Source: Octopus vulgaris (Eukaryota). From it: a stretch of 64,000 nt of DNA. How positions within the stretch are numbered: the stretch's first letter is position 1; every line of letters begins with the position of its first letter. The notes beneath the pieces were generated by a model. The model did not search any database and was not told the DNA's origin. It worked only from the letters and a program-made list of their open reading frames with translations. A program made the translations under genes and the position numbers. The stretch covers positions 17,794,001 through 17,858,000 of the forward strand of contig OX597836.1 of assembly GCA_951406725.2 (NCBI GenBank), written 5' to 3'. Below are positions 1 to 13,739 of the stretch, in pieces.

Positions 1-649
1 AATATTTTGGAGGATATCAACTGCATTGGAAAAAGTGAAGCAGAAAAGATAGCGACTTTAGTATTTATTAATTATGACATTTTCCCGAATATGACAATGT
101 TACTAAATATCTAAGAAGTTATCTCAAAATGCTGTGGTATCTGGAAAAGAGAACACCCAGCTAAGTGGCAATTTGTAACAGGAATCTGCCAGCCAAGAAC
201 ACAGAGGATTGGATTATGTTCTGATAGATAGATATTTTTGCTGGAATGTTCTCTTAAAGATGCATCACTAACATTATATGAATATTACATTTATGAAATA
301 TTCAATACACACTTAGGCGCATGCATACACAGATATACGCAGGTTCGTGCGCACACATGTATTTGAAAAAAGATTTTCATACGAGTTAATATTTTTTTTT
401 AAATCTTAGAATAACAGAAAAAACACAAACACAAATTTTCGTATTCTGAGAGACACTTTAAGTGTTCAATTTTTGAAACACCTGTCTTACAGGGAATCTG
501 TAAAGCGAAAGTGGTTTTTAATACTAGACCAACAGTTCTCTATACAAATTACCCCATAACACCTGTATTTGAAAAACTGAGCTTCGAAAGCGCTTACACA
601 CAATGAGGAAACTACCTTCCAAAAAGTTTGTTGTTGTTGTTTGTTCCTT

Positions 650-940
650 CTCGAGGCACGCCTGGCTCATAAGGGCCGGTTTCCCGGTTTCCTTGGCGTA
701 TGGGTTCCCCACCTGGACGGGAAGCCGGTCCGTGGCAGGTAAGCTGCTAGATGCAGGAGAAAATAGTGAGAGAAAGTTGTGGCGAAAGAGTCAGCAGAGG
801 TTCGCTATTACCGTCTGCCGGAGCCGCGTGGAACTTAGGTTTATCGCTCATAAACACACACACCACCCGGTCTGAGATTCGAACCCGCGATCCCTCGACT
901 GCAAATCTACTGCTCTAACCACTAGGCCATGTGACTCCAC
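650..940 (-). mobile_element. tRNA-headed SINE, B body with alternative tail T2
   Basis: Head and body align with B copies (5720, 14787); tail GGCCGGTTTCCCGGTTTC-TGGCGTATG is shared with 58944-59202. Confidence 0.8.
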
Positions 941-1462
941 AAAAAGTATGTGTCATTGTGTTTTCTAAAAGTTTTTTTAAGACAGTTATAAAGTTTCAGG
1001 AAAATATTTTTTCAAAGCCGTTATATATATGTATATTTATACACATACGCACATATGTATATATATATATATATATATAGTAAATCAAAGGCTATGAGTG
1101 AAAGTATTAATAAATGTATTAATGAAAGGAAAATATACAAGACACATGTTTATTAAAATATTTATCACCCTTGGCCTTATTTCTATTCCATACAAATTCG
1201 ATTTGATTTTGTCTCATCACAAAAGACACATTCTATAAACATATTAACGCTGCTGTAAATTTTCGTTACATATTTAGGATACAGCGATAATTTCATTTAT
1301 ATTAAATGTTTTATTTGAATACAAATTTGGTAAAGATATATGATATATGATATGTCTTTGTGTGTGTGTGTGTACAGAAAATGATTTCTCAACTTTGATA
1401 AGTGTTACATCTTGATGACAAAAAAGAATTTTTTAAAAAATGGTAGTATTATGTGTCTCGGC

Positions 1463-1705
1463 TCTTTTACTTGGCTTAGTTATTGGGTTGCGGTCATACT
1501 GGTGCCTTGGCATAGCCCGGTGCATGCATTTGTATTTAACCGGCTAAAATAATTCAAGTTCTCTCGGTCGAACATATCGAACCAGTACATAATTTATAAA
1601 TCTGAAATTTTAGCTTAGTTTATCAGTCTGTGTACAAGGAGGTAAACAAAGTCAAACCGATTCTCAAACGTTATGGAGACAAACACAGACATAACCACAC
1701 ACATC
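1463..1705 (-). mobile_element. Degenerate 3' part of SINE family A
   Basis: Decayed CTCTTTTACTTG...GCGGTCATACTGG tail and ACAAACACAGACA motif. Confidence 0.55.
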
Positions 1706-1774
1706 TGTACCAAGATAAATCTGATCCAACCATACGTCAAGAAATAGACATCATTTTTACCTACCTAAATCATT

Positions 1775-2262
1775 AGGTAGGTCTAATAAAAATGCTAATT
1801 ATGCAAAAACAAACATTTATTAATGTGACATTTAATTTTCAACACCAAATATAATCATAACGGACTTTATAACGAACATAATGATATATTTGAATGGAAA
1901 TAATACAAGAAATATGAGGTTATGAAGTTATTAATGATGGATATTTGATCCGCCACATGAGAGAGCGTCCCTGGAGCGTTTATCCATTGAATTTGTCATG
2001 GTAACTATTTCATCTGGTGTAATACTTTCAGCAGCATCCACAATAGCTTCCCAGGGCGCATCTTTCGTTGAAAACTGCCTTCCATCTTGATATATCTTCC
2101 TCTTCAGAATACTCCGTATATTTTCAATCGGTTTTAAGTCGGGTAAACACGCTGGCCACTTCCTCAAGTGGTGTCTAAAGAAGTCCAATTGTTGTAGATA
2201 TTCCGGAGATTTCTTAGCTGCAGGGGAGGGGGCATTGTCTTGCACGAATACCAGCGTTCCCT
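1775..2262 (-). mobile_element. Tc1-like transposase C-terminal remnant, DD37E spacing
   Basis: ORF 1931-2245 reads QDNAPS...WPACLPDLKPIENI; 37 residues between D and E; 5' part replaced by a LINE. Confidence 0.85.
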
Positions 2263-3050
2263 TTAATGAAACTTTCTATTTCTACAACCATGCTTAAAAT
2301 TGTTCTCCACCATGGCAACATAGGCATAGGTTGCTTTGACACATTTTTCTAAGCCAAATTTCATGTATATTTCTTTGGTAAATCCATGCACTGTGTGTAG
2401 TAATGTTTCCAGCTGCTTATCATTTGTAGCGTATTGTTTTAGATCATCCACATACAAGATATGGTTGATTGTTTTGCCGTAAAAGTTGTATCCACATCCA
2501 GTTATGCTTAGTATGTCAGATAAATGTGTGAGTGTCAAGCAGAAAAGGAGTGGAAAGGGCCTGCTTCTCTGGAATATTCCTCTCCAATGGGGGATGGCTT
2601 TGGATTTTATGAGTCCCTGTTTTATCTGGAGCTGTAGTACTGTCTGACATTTATTCATGGAATGTTTTATATATTTTACGATTATTGGTGCTACCTTGTT
2701 CCTGGCTAGTGTTTCTAGGATCCATGTATAGGGAATACCATCAAAAGTCTTTCGATAATCGATCCAAGCCATACTTAGACTCTTCTTTCTTCGGCTACTT
2801 TCAGCTATCTTCAGTAGCTGATCTTTACCGCCGTATGAGCTGTTGCAGCATCTCTTCTACTCTTCTGGAAACACGTTGTTTTCTTCCACATGTTTGCACA
2901 TTATTGCAGTAAAGGCTTTGTAAATTGTAGGGAGACAAGTTATCGGTCTGTAATTTTGTGGATTTGCAGCTTCAATGGATTTGCGAATTAGGACTGTTTT
3001 CCCTTCCTTGGGCCAATCAAGCATTGTCTCTAGCTCTACTAGTATTTATA
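2263..3050 (-). mobile_element. R4/Dong-clade LINE reverse transcriptase remnant
   Basis: NYRPITCLPTIYK, MAWIDYRKTFD, RGIFQ, INHILYVDDLKQY, FGLEKC motifs; same family as 62050-62980. Confidence 0.88.
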
Positions 3051-3720
3051 TTATAATGGAGAAAGCTATTTATTAAATAGTTATATAACAGTTACTAAAA
3101 GAAAGCAATTATTAAATGCTAGACCATCTTAATTTTTTCCTATATTATTATTTTTTGTAAATTCACGTTACAAGAAATTTCCTGCAATTTCGATTTCCGA
3201 ACTTCATTATATAATACAATATTCGTTGTATTCACTGCGGAGTAGATTTAATAAACAATATTATCTCGTTACAGGCGAAGGTTTCCGTTTTCATTTGCAA
3301 CAGTCTCTCACTCTCTCTAGCCGCTATTTTGATTAATGATAATTTAAAGTATATTCATTTCAATGTTTTCATTTCGAATGTTAGTTCGCTATTTGCAAAG
3401 TCCACAATTTATTCTATATAGGTCATGTAAAAAAATTATTTATTGAATGAATGAATGAGATTTCTATGATTTAGTATACCGGTATAATTTTTAAAAAGAA
3501 AAATCAAGAATTGATTTTGTTGGTATGGCTGTTTGGAACGCAATATACTCTAGCAATGAATTTCTCACTGGTAATGTTTTCCCTATGTATTGCAAAATTG
3601 TAACTCTTTTTCCCGAAATAAATCATACTTCATATATTCGAGGCTCCAATGAAGCTAGAGGATGTTATTCAGGTACTCGAGTAAGAGGCCACTGCATCTT
3701 ATAATAGAAAGAGCTGTAAG

Positions 3721-3781
<61 letters not shown>

Positions 3782-4139
3782 AAGTATATATTTATATGTG
3801 CGCTTCAGTGTGTATGTATGTATGTTTGTATGTGTGTGCATGAGGGGGGGAACAAATTCAAACAAAATATTTATATTTCGAGTGCATATAGTTCGCAGGT
3901 TTCAGATAATTATGCAAGAAAGGAAGCTTTTCTCCCTTTATATGATACAATATTTGGTTTAGACTTGCTACTATGTCATGCAACACTACGCCATAACAAT
4001 GTACGTTGTTATTGCTTTGTTTAAAAGGATATTATAACGAGGATTTGAGGTGGACAGTTCCACAGGAACTGAATGGGAAAATCCTGAGTTGTATGGCTTC
4101 TAAGCATAACACTTATTATATATTCATACATATATACAC

Positions 4140-4340
4140 ACATGCATGCACACATACAAACAAACATATATACATACATACGTACATACATACATACATA
4201 CATACATACATACATACATACATACATACATACATACATACATACATACATACATACATACATACATACATACATACATACATACATACATACAAACAAA
4301 CACATATACATACATACGTACATACATAAATACATACATA
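4140..4340. repeat. (ACAT)n microsatellite
   Basis: Direct reading; a similar (ATGT)n tract lies at about 44170-44530. Confidence 0.95.
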
Positions 4341-4736
4341 CATCTGTGTGTATATGTATAATTACACATGAATAAAACTATTATTCTATGTATGTGCATT
4401 GTATGTAAATATGTGTATATGTATGTGTGGAGTTTAAAAGATATATAATATGAAATATATATATATATAGAATGAGAGAAGAGAGTGTGGGAGAGAGATA
4501 CATAGATAGATCGATAGAAAGACAGACAAACAGACAGATAGATAGATCGATTGATAGACAGATAGATAGATGAATAAATAAGACAAACAAATAGAATGTT
4601 CTATGTATTCATATGCATGAATCGACAGAATAATTCATAAAACACCTATATGAAAATATCCGCCATTGTTGCAAATGTATTTTCTAATATAATTTTCATT
4701 TAATATATATATTTATATATGTTTATACATACATAC

Positions 4737-4771
<35 letters not shown>

Positions 4772-4932
4772 TGTATACATATATATATATTATATGTACC
4801 CTGTGTCTATGTGAGTATATCTATATACACACGAGCGCGCGCTCGTTCTAATTTCTTTATTTCCACTCCCTTTGATCGTAAATTCAAAACGAACTCCCCT
4901 TTAGCGATTCCAAGTCATTATTATTATGATTA

Positions 4933-4966
<34 letters not shown>

Positions 4967-5193
4967 GGCAATGATTTTGTTGCCATTACAAAGATTGTAC
5001 GCACTATCGTTTTTTTCGCTTTGAGATGACACGTTATACACACGCACATACACACACACACACCTCTCTCTCTCTCGCACAAACATACATTCCATGACAC
5101 ACATATGTATCTGCATGTAGAAATGTATATAAATATATAGGCTATATATGTTTATATACATATATAGAAATATATATACATACACATATGTGC

Positions 5194-5316
<123 letters not shown>

Positions 5317-5590
5317 ACATATAAACATATATATACATAAGCATACATAAATATATATGTATTTATACATACATGTGTGTGGGCTGGCTTGCATGTGTTT
5401 AGTGCATACATACGTATAGAAATTTTACATACATGCATGCGTATATACACATATGTGCATCTATATATATATGTATATATATATACATATATGCACACAT
5501 ATAAATATCTATATACATAAGCATACATAAATATATATGTATGTATACATACATACGCATGTATATTTAACAAGGCTCTCCTTCACTCAC

Positions 5591-5625
<35 letters not shown>

Positions 5626-5719
5626 AGAAGAAAATGGAGGGTATCCAGAGGTAGTAAGCATCAGCTGTTAGACATTATATTATGTCTATTTAATTATTCA
5701 AAACAGTTCTGAGTGTATG

Positions 5720-6107
5720 TGGATGTGGAAGCACTCCGTCGGTTACGACGACGAGGGTTCCGGTTGATCCGATCAACGGAACAGCCTGCTCGTGAAATTA
5801 ACGTGTAAGTGGCTGAGCACTCCACAGACACGTGCACCCTTAACGTAGTTCTCCGGGAAATTCAGCGTGACACAGAGAGTGACAAGGCCGGCCCTTTGAA
5901 ATACAGGTACAACAGAAACAGGAAGTAAGAGTGAGAGAAAGTTGTGGTGAAAGAGTACAGCAGGGATCACCACCATCCCCTGCCGGAGCCTCATGGAGCT
6001 TTAGGTGTTTTCGCTCAATAAACACTCACAACGCTCGGTCTGGGAATCGAAACCGCGATCCTACGACCGCGAGTCCACTGCCCTAACCACTGGGTCATTG
6101 CGCCTCC
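5720..6107 (-). mobile_element. SINE family B, full length, tail T1
   Basis: tRNA-like head with A box TGACCCAGTGG and B box GTTTCGATTCC; near-identical to 14787, 21023, 48437, 59620. Confidence 0.93.
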
Positions 6108-6166
6108 ATGTATGTATACATGTGTAAAGTACCAGTAATTTCAAGAATAGAAAAAGGAGAGCAGTT

Positions 6167-6286
6167 TCCTACAGCTGTTTCTGCCAAGAGGCGTACTCTA
6201 CATGTTATTTCAATATTTTCAGTGAATTGTAGTGATCTATAGATAAAGGTAGAGTACTTGGGTGTGCCGCTAGGCTTCATGAGAGA
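6167..6286 (-). ncRNA. Type I hammerhead ribozyme motif with a G5C core change (probably inactive)
   Basis: Minus strand UCU-CUCAUGA-A-GCCUAG..GUACUCUAC/GUAGAGUAC..CUUGGC-A-GAAA-CAGCUG-UA-GGA; stem III is palindromic. Confidence 0.6.
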
Positions 6287-6359
6287 GTTCTGAAGAGGGT
6301 CTAAGAAGTTCAGAGGGCTAATTTATGCCTATGTAAACATACATATACAGACACAGACA

Positions 6360-6447
<88 letters not shown>

Positions 6448-6953
6448 TATACATAAATTAAATACATACGGCCTTCGGGCTAAAACATTTTTAAGGATTT
6501 AAGGATATAAATTATATATATATATAAGATATTTTTATCGTAATGAGATAAAAGATGAAGGCTGAGTAGAAACTTCACTGTTTTAGTCGTGTAACAAAGG
6601 TCGTTTCGTTTTCTATTAAGCGAGAATTTAGAAGGCCTCCAGAGAAAAGATAACACTCCTTGGATTTGATATTCACAATATATATAGATGTATAGATGTA
6701 AATAAAGAAAAGGCGAGGACATAAAAATTCTCCAATAATTAACATTCAAGTATAAATAAATATAAATAGCAATAATAATTCTCTAAAAGGGATATAGACA
6801 GTAACTGCTCGATAACATAAGGGACTAAAGCCATCTGAATATGGCTAGGGACAGGGCAGGGTGGTGGGGGTGTTACTGTTGCATTTAGCCCCAGGCGAAC
6901 ATCGACGTCACCAGAAAGGCTCGACACCGTCACGGTGCCCTAAACCTGCAAAG

Positions 6954-7056
6954 GGAGGTAATTCCCCGATGAAGCGGAAACCACACACGGACCATGGTTT
7001 CAAGGTGTATTGCCTATCATCGGCGTGTGGTAGGCCTCCGCTTCCTCGACGAATTA
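6954..7056 (+). ncRNA. GC-rich structured island: hammerhead-like fold or long hairpin
   Basis: CCGAUGA-AGCG-GAAA-CCACAC..GUGUGG-UA with GGAGG/CCUCC pairing; alternative GAAGCGGA/UCCGCUUC rod. Confidence 0.4.
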
Positions 7057-7443
7057 TATATGTCAAATTCCACACACACACACACATACACACACACACA
7101 TACACACACACACACACACACATAAACGCATTTATATCAATAGAGCAAACTTACTCAGATTACAAAGCCTAAAAAGGCTAGAAGGGAGAATGTATAGTGT
7201 TAAAAGTCCCGACGGCTGTCTCTGGGGGCTCCGAGTTACTTCATTATGTTGGCATCCAGCAACGGATAGAAACATTGGTAAAACCCCGTAGTACATATAT
7301 ACGTGCATGAACAATACATAGTACATATATACATAAATCTATACATACGTATGTATACAAAAAATTACAGATTCATTCATACATATGTAATTTGAGAGTA
7401 AAATACATTACATGAATTTTAATTAGTTAAATATATACATATA

Positions 7444-7860
7444 GGCGCAGGAGTGGCTGTTTGTTAATTAGCTCGTTTACCAACCACATGGTTCCGGGTT
7501 CAGTCCCACTGCGTGGCACCTTGGGCAAGTGTATTCTACTATAGCCTCAGGCCGACCAAAGCCTTGTGAGTGGATTTGGTAGACGGAAACTGAAAGAAGC
7601 CTGTCGTATATATGTATATATATATATGCGTGTGTGTGTTGTGTGTCTGTGTTTGTCTCCCTAGCATTGCTTGACAACCGATGCTAGTGTGTTTATGTCC
7701 TCGTTACTTAGCGTTTCGGCAAAAGAGACCGATAGAATAAGTACTGGGCTTACAAAAAAAAGAATAAGTCCCGGGGTCGAGTTGCTCGATTGAAGGCGGT
7801 GCTCCTGCATGGCCGCAGTCAAATGACTGAAACAAGTAAAAGAGTAAAAGAGTAAAGAGA
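7444..7860 (+). mobile_element. SINE family A, full length
   Basis: tRNA-like head (B box GGTTCAGTCC), CORE-like CACCTTGGGCAAGT, internal (TA)/(TG) tract, tail GGCGGTGCT..GCATGGCCGCAGTCAAATGACTGAAAC(AAGAGTAA)n. Confidence 0.93.
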
Positions 7861-8354
7861 ATATACGTATATATATATAAGTATAGTAACAGACTGGCTT
7901 GTCAGGATACCTGCAGACTGTTTCAATGTGCGCATACACGAACGAAACGAAAGGGAAATATATTTGGATTCATGTCCATAGTTATAGACAAGTATCTATG
8001 CAAAAACAATGCCTGAATGAATTTAGCAGCTCTTAGTAGGTTATCTAAATGTGTGTGCATGTGTGCGTGGGTGGATAAGTACATATATATATGTACATAT
8101 ATATGTATATAAATGTATGTATGTATATATATATATATTAATGCATATATTTGTATATGTATATAAATACAAATATATTGACATTTATTAATATATATAT
8201 ATATTTGTATGCCTGTACTTTTGTGCGAGTGCATGTAATTATATACACAGATATATATTTGTTATGTGAGGTATGTGTGTATGCGTGTGTGTGCGCGTGT
8301 TTTCATGTCTGCTTCAGGCTTATAGAAATATTGATAAAGAAATATACATTCATA

Positions 8355-8399
<45 letters not shown>

Positions 8400-9198
8400 C
8401 ACATATATATATGTATACATATATACATATATATACATATATATTTATATATATATATATACACATATATATATACACATGTATATGTATACATATATAT
8501 ATATATGTATATACATATAAATATATATATGTATATATATATATATATGTATACATATATGTACAGAGATGCATATGTGTATGCCTAAATACATTTTTGA
8601 TAATATTTAGGGGCTATTTTTGTTTGTACATCCACAGAAGCACAGACAACTATAACATTCCCAAAAGCAATAGACATGCAACGTCACACAAGCAAATACA
8701 TACATATACATATGCATATACACATACATGCACATTCATATATGCATAGAGGGTGCTTAGTAGACATATAGAGCCACACGTGCATTAATACACATCTATG
8801 CACGTCCATATATCAATAAAACGCGTAAATGGCTCGCGTCTGTGCATATAAAATCAATTGCGAAGTTTAATGGTGGTGCAGCATACGATATATTACTTCA
8901 TGTATATACACTCCTCAAATCAATAAAGTAACCAACACCTCCGCACGACCACATGCACACAGACTCACATACACACACGCACGTACACCCACACACACAT
9001 AAACACACACAGAAGCACAGGCACACACAGAGAAAGTTAGGCTCAAAAATATCTATGATCTTCAACATATATATATATATATATATATTTATACATACAT
9101 ATATATATATACATATACGTATATATATATATTTGCATATACATATACATATACGTATATATATATGTACATATATATGAGCTTGTACATATATATAT

Positions 9199-9248
<50 letters not shown>

Positions 9249-9545
9249 GTATGTATATATATATACATAAATATATATATGAATATATGCGTATGTATAT
9301 ATATATACGCATATATGTGTGTGTATATGTATATATATATATATATGTTTGTATGAATCTATCTATCTATCTATCTATCTAAATAGCTGTTTGTCTGTCT
9401 GTCTGTCTGTCGTTGTCTGTCTGTGTCCCTGTATATTTTTGTATACATAGTAACAGTGCGCAATACAGTGAAGTATGTGACGTTACACAGATTTTAATGA
9501 GTTCAATATCTAAATTTATCATAAAGTAAATATTGGTGTCTCGAT

Positions 9546-9722
<177 letters not shown>

Positions 9723-9809
9723 AAATGAAAAGAGACACAGTGAAATGAAAGTGGAGGGAAAGTGAGCGGGAAGAGAAAGCCAGGAAATGTGAGATAGGGG
9801 GAACGAAAG

Positions 9810-10080
9810 ACACCTGTTGTTATGTCCTGTTAATTGCATTTGTATTTGTGTAACATTTCTCTGTTTTTCTCCGTCCTTGTTTTCGAAGCTTTCTTCCAAG
9901 GAATCTAATGCACCTTCGCTTAGTTTTCCTTGGGATTGGCCAGACTGGAGCAATCCGTATATAATCAGCCGAAATTGCAAAGACAATCTGGAAGTCGAAT
10001 GTGGATAGAAAATTCCGAATGACCCGTCCTTGTTTTCTTTGTATCATCTGTCTGGATGTTGTGCATCTTTGTCCCATTTT

Positions 10081-10082
<2 letters not shown>
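9810..10082 (+). repeat. Dispersed repeat ending at (TA)n; related copies at about 32055-32200 (-) and 34945-35135 (-); possibly a Penelope terminal repeat
   Basis: Shared CCGAATGAC(C/T)CGTCCTTGTTTTCTTTG and AATCAGCCGAAATTGC blocks; class assignment is inference. Confidence 0.6.
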
Positions 10083-10138
<56 letters not shown>

Positions 10139-10329
10139 GGAAAAGTCAAGGTAGAAAATGCTAAAATAATTTTATAAAATACATTTCAGTACCGGTTTGA
10201 GTCATTGAGAATTTTTCAATTGTAAGTATGAAAAACAATTCAATTTTGGAAAAATTAGAAGAAAAGATTTTGAAAAGAATATTTGCATAGTATTCAAATA
10301 CAAGGGACATTTTCCTTTTTTCTGCCTGT

Positions 10330-11100
10330 CTATCTTGTTTACTCTTGTGGTTTCGACGTCGTTGCAAATTCTTGGCAGAGAAGGAGGAGGAGGAGGAGAA
10401 GAAGAATGCGAGAGTACCATGATAGTAGTAGGTTGTTAAATGGTCAAGTGCCCTGAAAGGGAGATGTTGTGGATGGTAGTATTGATTGAATTCTTGTGAT
10501 ATCTCTTTTGAATGTATTGTTTATAATATTTGCATAGGTGTTATTCTAAAAAGCAGTAGTAGTAAAGTAAGGAAGGTGGTGGTGGAGAGGAAGAAGACGA
10601 AGAAGGAAGAGAAAGAGAAGAGAGAATGATAAGGGAATGCGGGTCAAGTGACCAAAAAGTGACTCGTTGTGGGTTATAGCAGTGATTGGGTCTGTTTTTT
10701 AAATGAATTCTTGGGTATCTCTTGAATGTATCCTTTTTTTATATTTGCGTGTGTATTATTCTAAGGCCGTGGTGGATATATCGTTTGTTGTAAATGAGTT
10801 CAAAAGGGGTTTGTATTTTGTAACAAAGAGAGCCGCTTTACTAATTCGTTGGCTACAGGTTGTATCGTCCCTGAGAGGGAAAAATTCTGAATCTTGGATT
10901 TTCGTTATTGGCGCAAATGTCGATGTGTTGGCTAAATGCTATTTTTCTGTTTTGGGGGGAATTTTGGTCCGGGATCTGTGCAGAGCCATCCTTTGACATA
11001 GACTGTTTTTTGTTTGGCTTATGTATTGCTCTTGGCACACAAATAAATAGGCGTAATATTACACGATAACGGAAAACTTTTGTCGTCACTAATTGTGACC
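10330..11100 (-). mobile_element. Penelope-like element GIY-YIG endonuclease remnant and 3' region
   Basis: Frameshifted QYISQTKNSLCQRMALH..FSQHIDIC..FRIFP..LFVTKYKPLLN. Confidence 0.7.
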
Positions 11101-11168
11101 GAGTGTGCCGAAGCACCGATATTGCAAGAAATATGTGTTAACACTTTTGATACTCTAAAAATTCTTAA

Positions 11169-11218
<50 letters not shown>

Positions 11219-11284
11219 TAAGTACTGTCCTTTATCCTCTCCTTGTCTCAGTCATTACACTGTGCTCATTCTGGGGTAACGGCC

Positions 11285-11408
11285 TGGACAATTATTAGTC
11301 GAACGAATCGACCCCAGTTTGTAATTTTTTTCTTTTTTTGTCGAACTGCCAATGTATGGGACGCAAATACGGTAATACCGGTTGTGAACAGGCAGTGGGG
11401 ACAAGCCT

Positions 11409-11462
<54 letters not shown>

Positions 11463-11610
11463 AATCACAGAACTATACACACACATATATTCATATACGA
11501 CAAGTTTCTTTCTTTTTTTCGTCGGCTCGAGGCTATAGGAGAAAGCAGTTGCAAAAGGTGCCATGCAGTGGGACCGAAACGGTAACCATGTCACAGTGAA
11601 GCAAACCTCT
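11285..11610 (-). mobile_element. Degenerate SINE family A
   Basis: AGTCGAACGAATCGACCCCAG, GGTGCCATGCAGTGGGACCGAA, internal (CA)n. Confidence 0.75.
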
Positions 11611-11713
11611 TTCTATGCAACCACCCCAGCATGAAAGCATAAGAAAATACCGATACATTTATGCATACACGTGTTTGTGTATTTCAGTATGCTTGAGAAA
11701 CGAACATATGTGG

Positions 11714-11754
<41 letters not shown>

Positions 11755-12347
11755 TGCGCACTCACACACATTCAAGCATGCATATATATATATATATATA
11801 CATACATATCCTGAGGAGATATCTATTACGTATGCATAACTCAATGTACATAACGTCTATACTTAATTATATAAATTATATAAATTATATATATATAAAT
11901 ATATATCCTTATCAAAGTAAATATAAAGACAACAATATGGCGGTTGCTATAGTTTTTAACATCAAAGATATCTCGCTCACAATTTTTGCCTGTAGGCCGT
12001 CGTCTTTTAATTATGTAGTAAAATCGATCAGTTTATTAAAGGTGGAGAAAGAAAAAATATATATTCTGTAAAAGGTATATGCATCACAACTCTGACCTAA
12101 ATATTGTAACTATAGCAGACGATTATTTTGTTTTTCTAATTCATGAGCAGACAACTCTGATTACGAATGTAGTTTACTGAGATAATGCACCAACATACAA
12201 ATAAAATTATTGCGTATATACATTTATGTACATACATACTTGCATACATGCATACATTCATACACACATACATACATGATACAAAAATACATACATACAT
12301 ATTAGCCACTACACACATTTTTTTCTCTACTTGTTTTTTCTTTGTCC

Positions 12348-12383
12348 CTTTCTGTAGAAGAGCGTAGGCTCGAAACGTAAAAG
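12348..12383 (+). ncRNA. Minimal hammerhead motif of the Penelope type, with A6U
   Basis: CUUU-CUGUAGA-A-GAGC-GUAG-GCUC-GAAA-C-G-UA-AAAG. Confidence 0.55.
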
Positions 12384-13215
12384 ACTTTTTCTATTCCTGA
12401 GCGTTATACAAATACATCTGTTTGTTTTGTACACCACCTGTCTTCGTTTTTTTTTTCGTAAACTTTCCCTATATACATACACGCAGACACACATATATAT
12501 ATATGTACAAACAACACATTATATTTTTGTTCAATGATCTGAACTCGTAATGTGTAGTTTGCAAAACATGTACCGTATATGCATTCATAAAAACCAGTGG
12601 TAATCACAAAAAAGCACCTCTAGTGAACCCGGCTACAGACCCCGTTGTAATCCAAAATGAATGAAATTATTTCATGCTGACAATATAGAACATAAATAAA
12701 TCAGGAAGCATGAAAGATAAATATATCATGTCACCAGTTGATATCTGTAGGATGGTGGCCATTATTATGGAATGATAATTTTTATTTTAGTGTTTAATAA
12801 ATTACATTACATGTCCGCACTAGAATGCATTCTAAAATAACTATTGTATATGTAGATATAGAAGGTCAGCTCTTCAGATCAAGAGAACACCTTGCTTACA
12901 TCAATTTTTCAGCTCCACTATATACATACAAATATCATCCTTCATCTATAGGCTGTATGGAAGACTGATAATTGATAAATTTTTACTACAGAATGGAGGG
13001 AAGCAGATTAAGTAAGATGCTGAAAGGAAATGCGCGGTGAAGTTGGAGGTGAAGATGAAAGAAAGAGAGCGACAGAAAGAACGAGAAAAGGGGGGTGAAA
13101 ATAGGGGAGGTACACTTAATAAGATAGTGAAAGTAATAATCGAGAGAGACAAACATGTAAGGTAAAAAGAATGAGAGAGGTAAGCAGAAACTGTCGTTAT
13201 GAAATATTAACAAGA

Positions 13216-13640
13216 GGCGCAGGAGTGGCTGTGTGGTAAGTAGCTTGCTAAACAACCACATGGTTCCGGGTTCAGTCCCACTGCGTGGCATCTTGGGCAA
13301 GTGTCTTCTGTTATAGCCCAGGTCCGACCAATGCCTTGTGAGTGGATTTGGTGGACGGAAACTGAAAGAACCCTGTCGTATATATGTATATATATATATA
13401 TATGTATGTATGTGTGTGTGTTTGTGTGTCTGTGTTTGTCCCCCTAGCATTGCTTGACAACCGATGCTGGTGTGTTTACGTCCCCGTCACTTAGCGGTTC
13501 GGCAAAAAGAGGCCGATAGAATAAGTACTGGGCTTACAAAAGAATAAGTCCCGGGGTCGATTAGCTCGACTAAAGGCGGTGCTCCGGCATGGCCGCAGTC
13601 AAATGACTGAAACAAGTTAAAGAGTAAAGAGTTAAAGAGA
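13216..13640 (+). mobile_element. SINE family A, full length
   Basis: Near-identical to 7444, 20015, 53160. Confidence 0.93.
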
Positions 13641-13739
13641 TGGGTAGGAACAGTAAATACATTTGTATGTTATGAATTAAATATGGTAGATGGAATTTTA
13701 TGAACAAACAAATAAAGATAAGACAGGAAATGAGTAGTA

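Noticed and set aside
5773-6025. Recurrent ORFs MVVIPAVLFHH.. and MFIERKHLK..
   Set aside because: They recur only because they lie in SINE B copies; no coding signature
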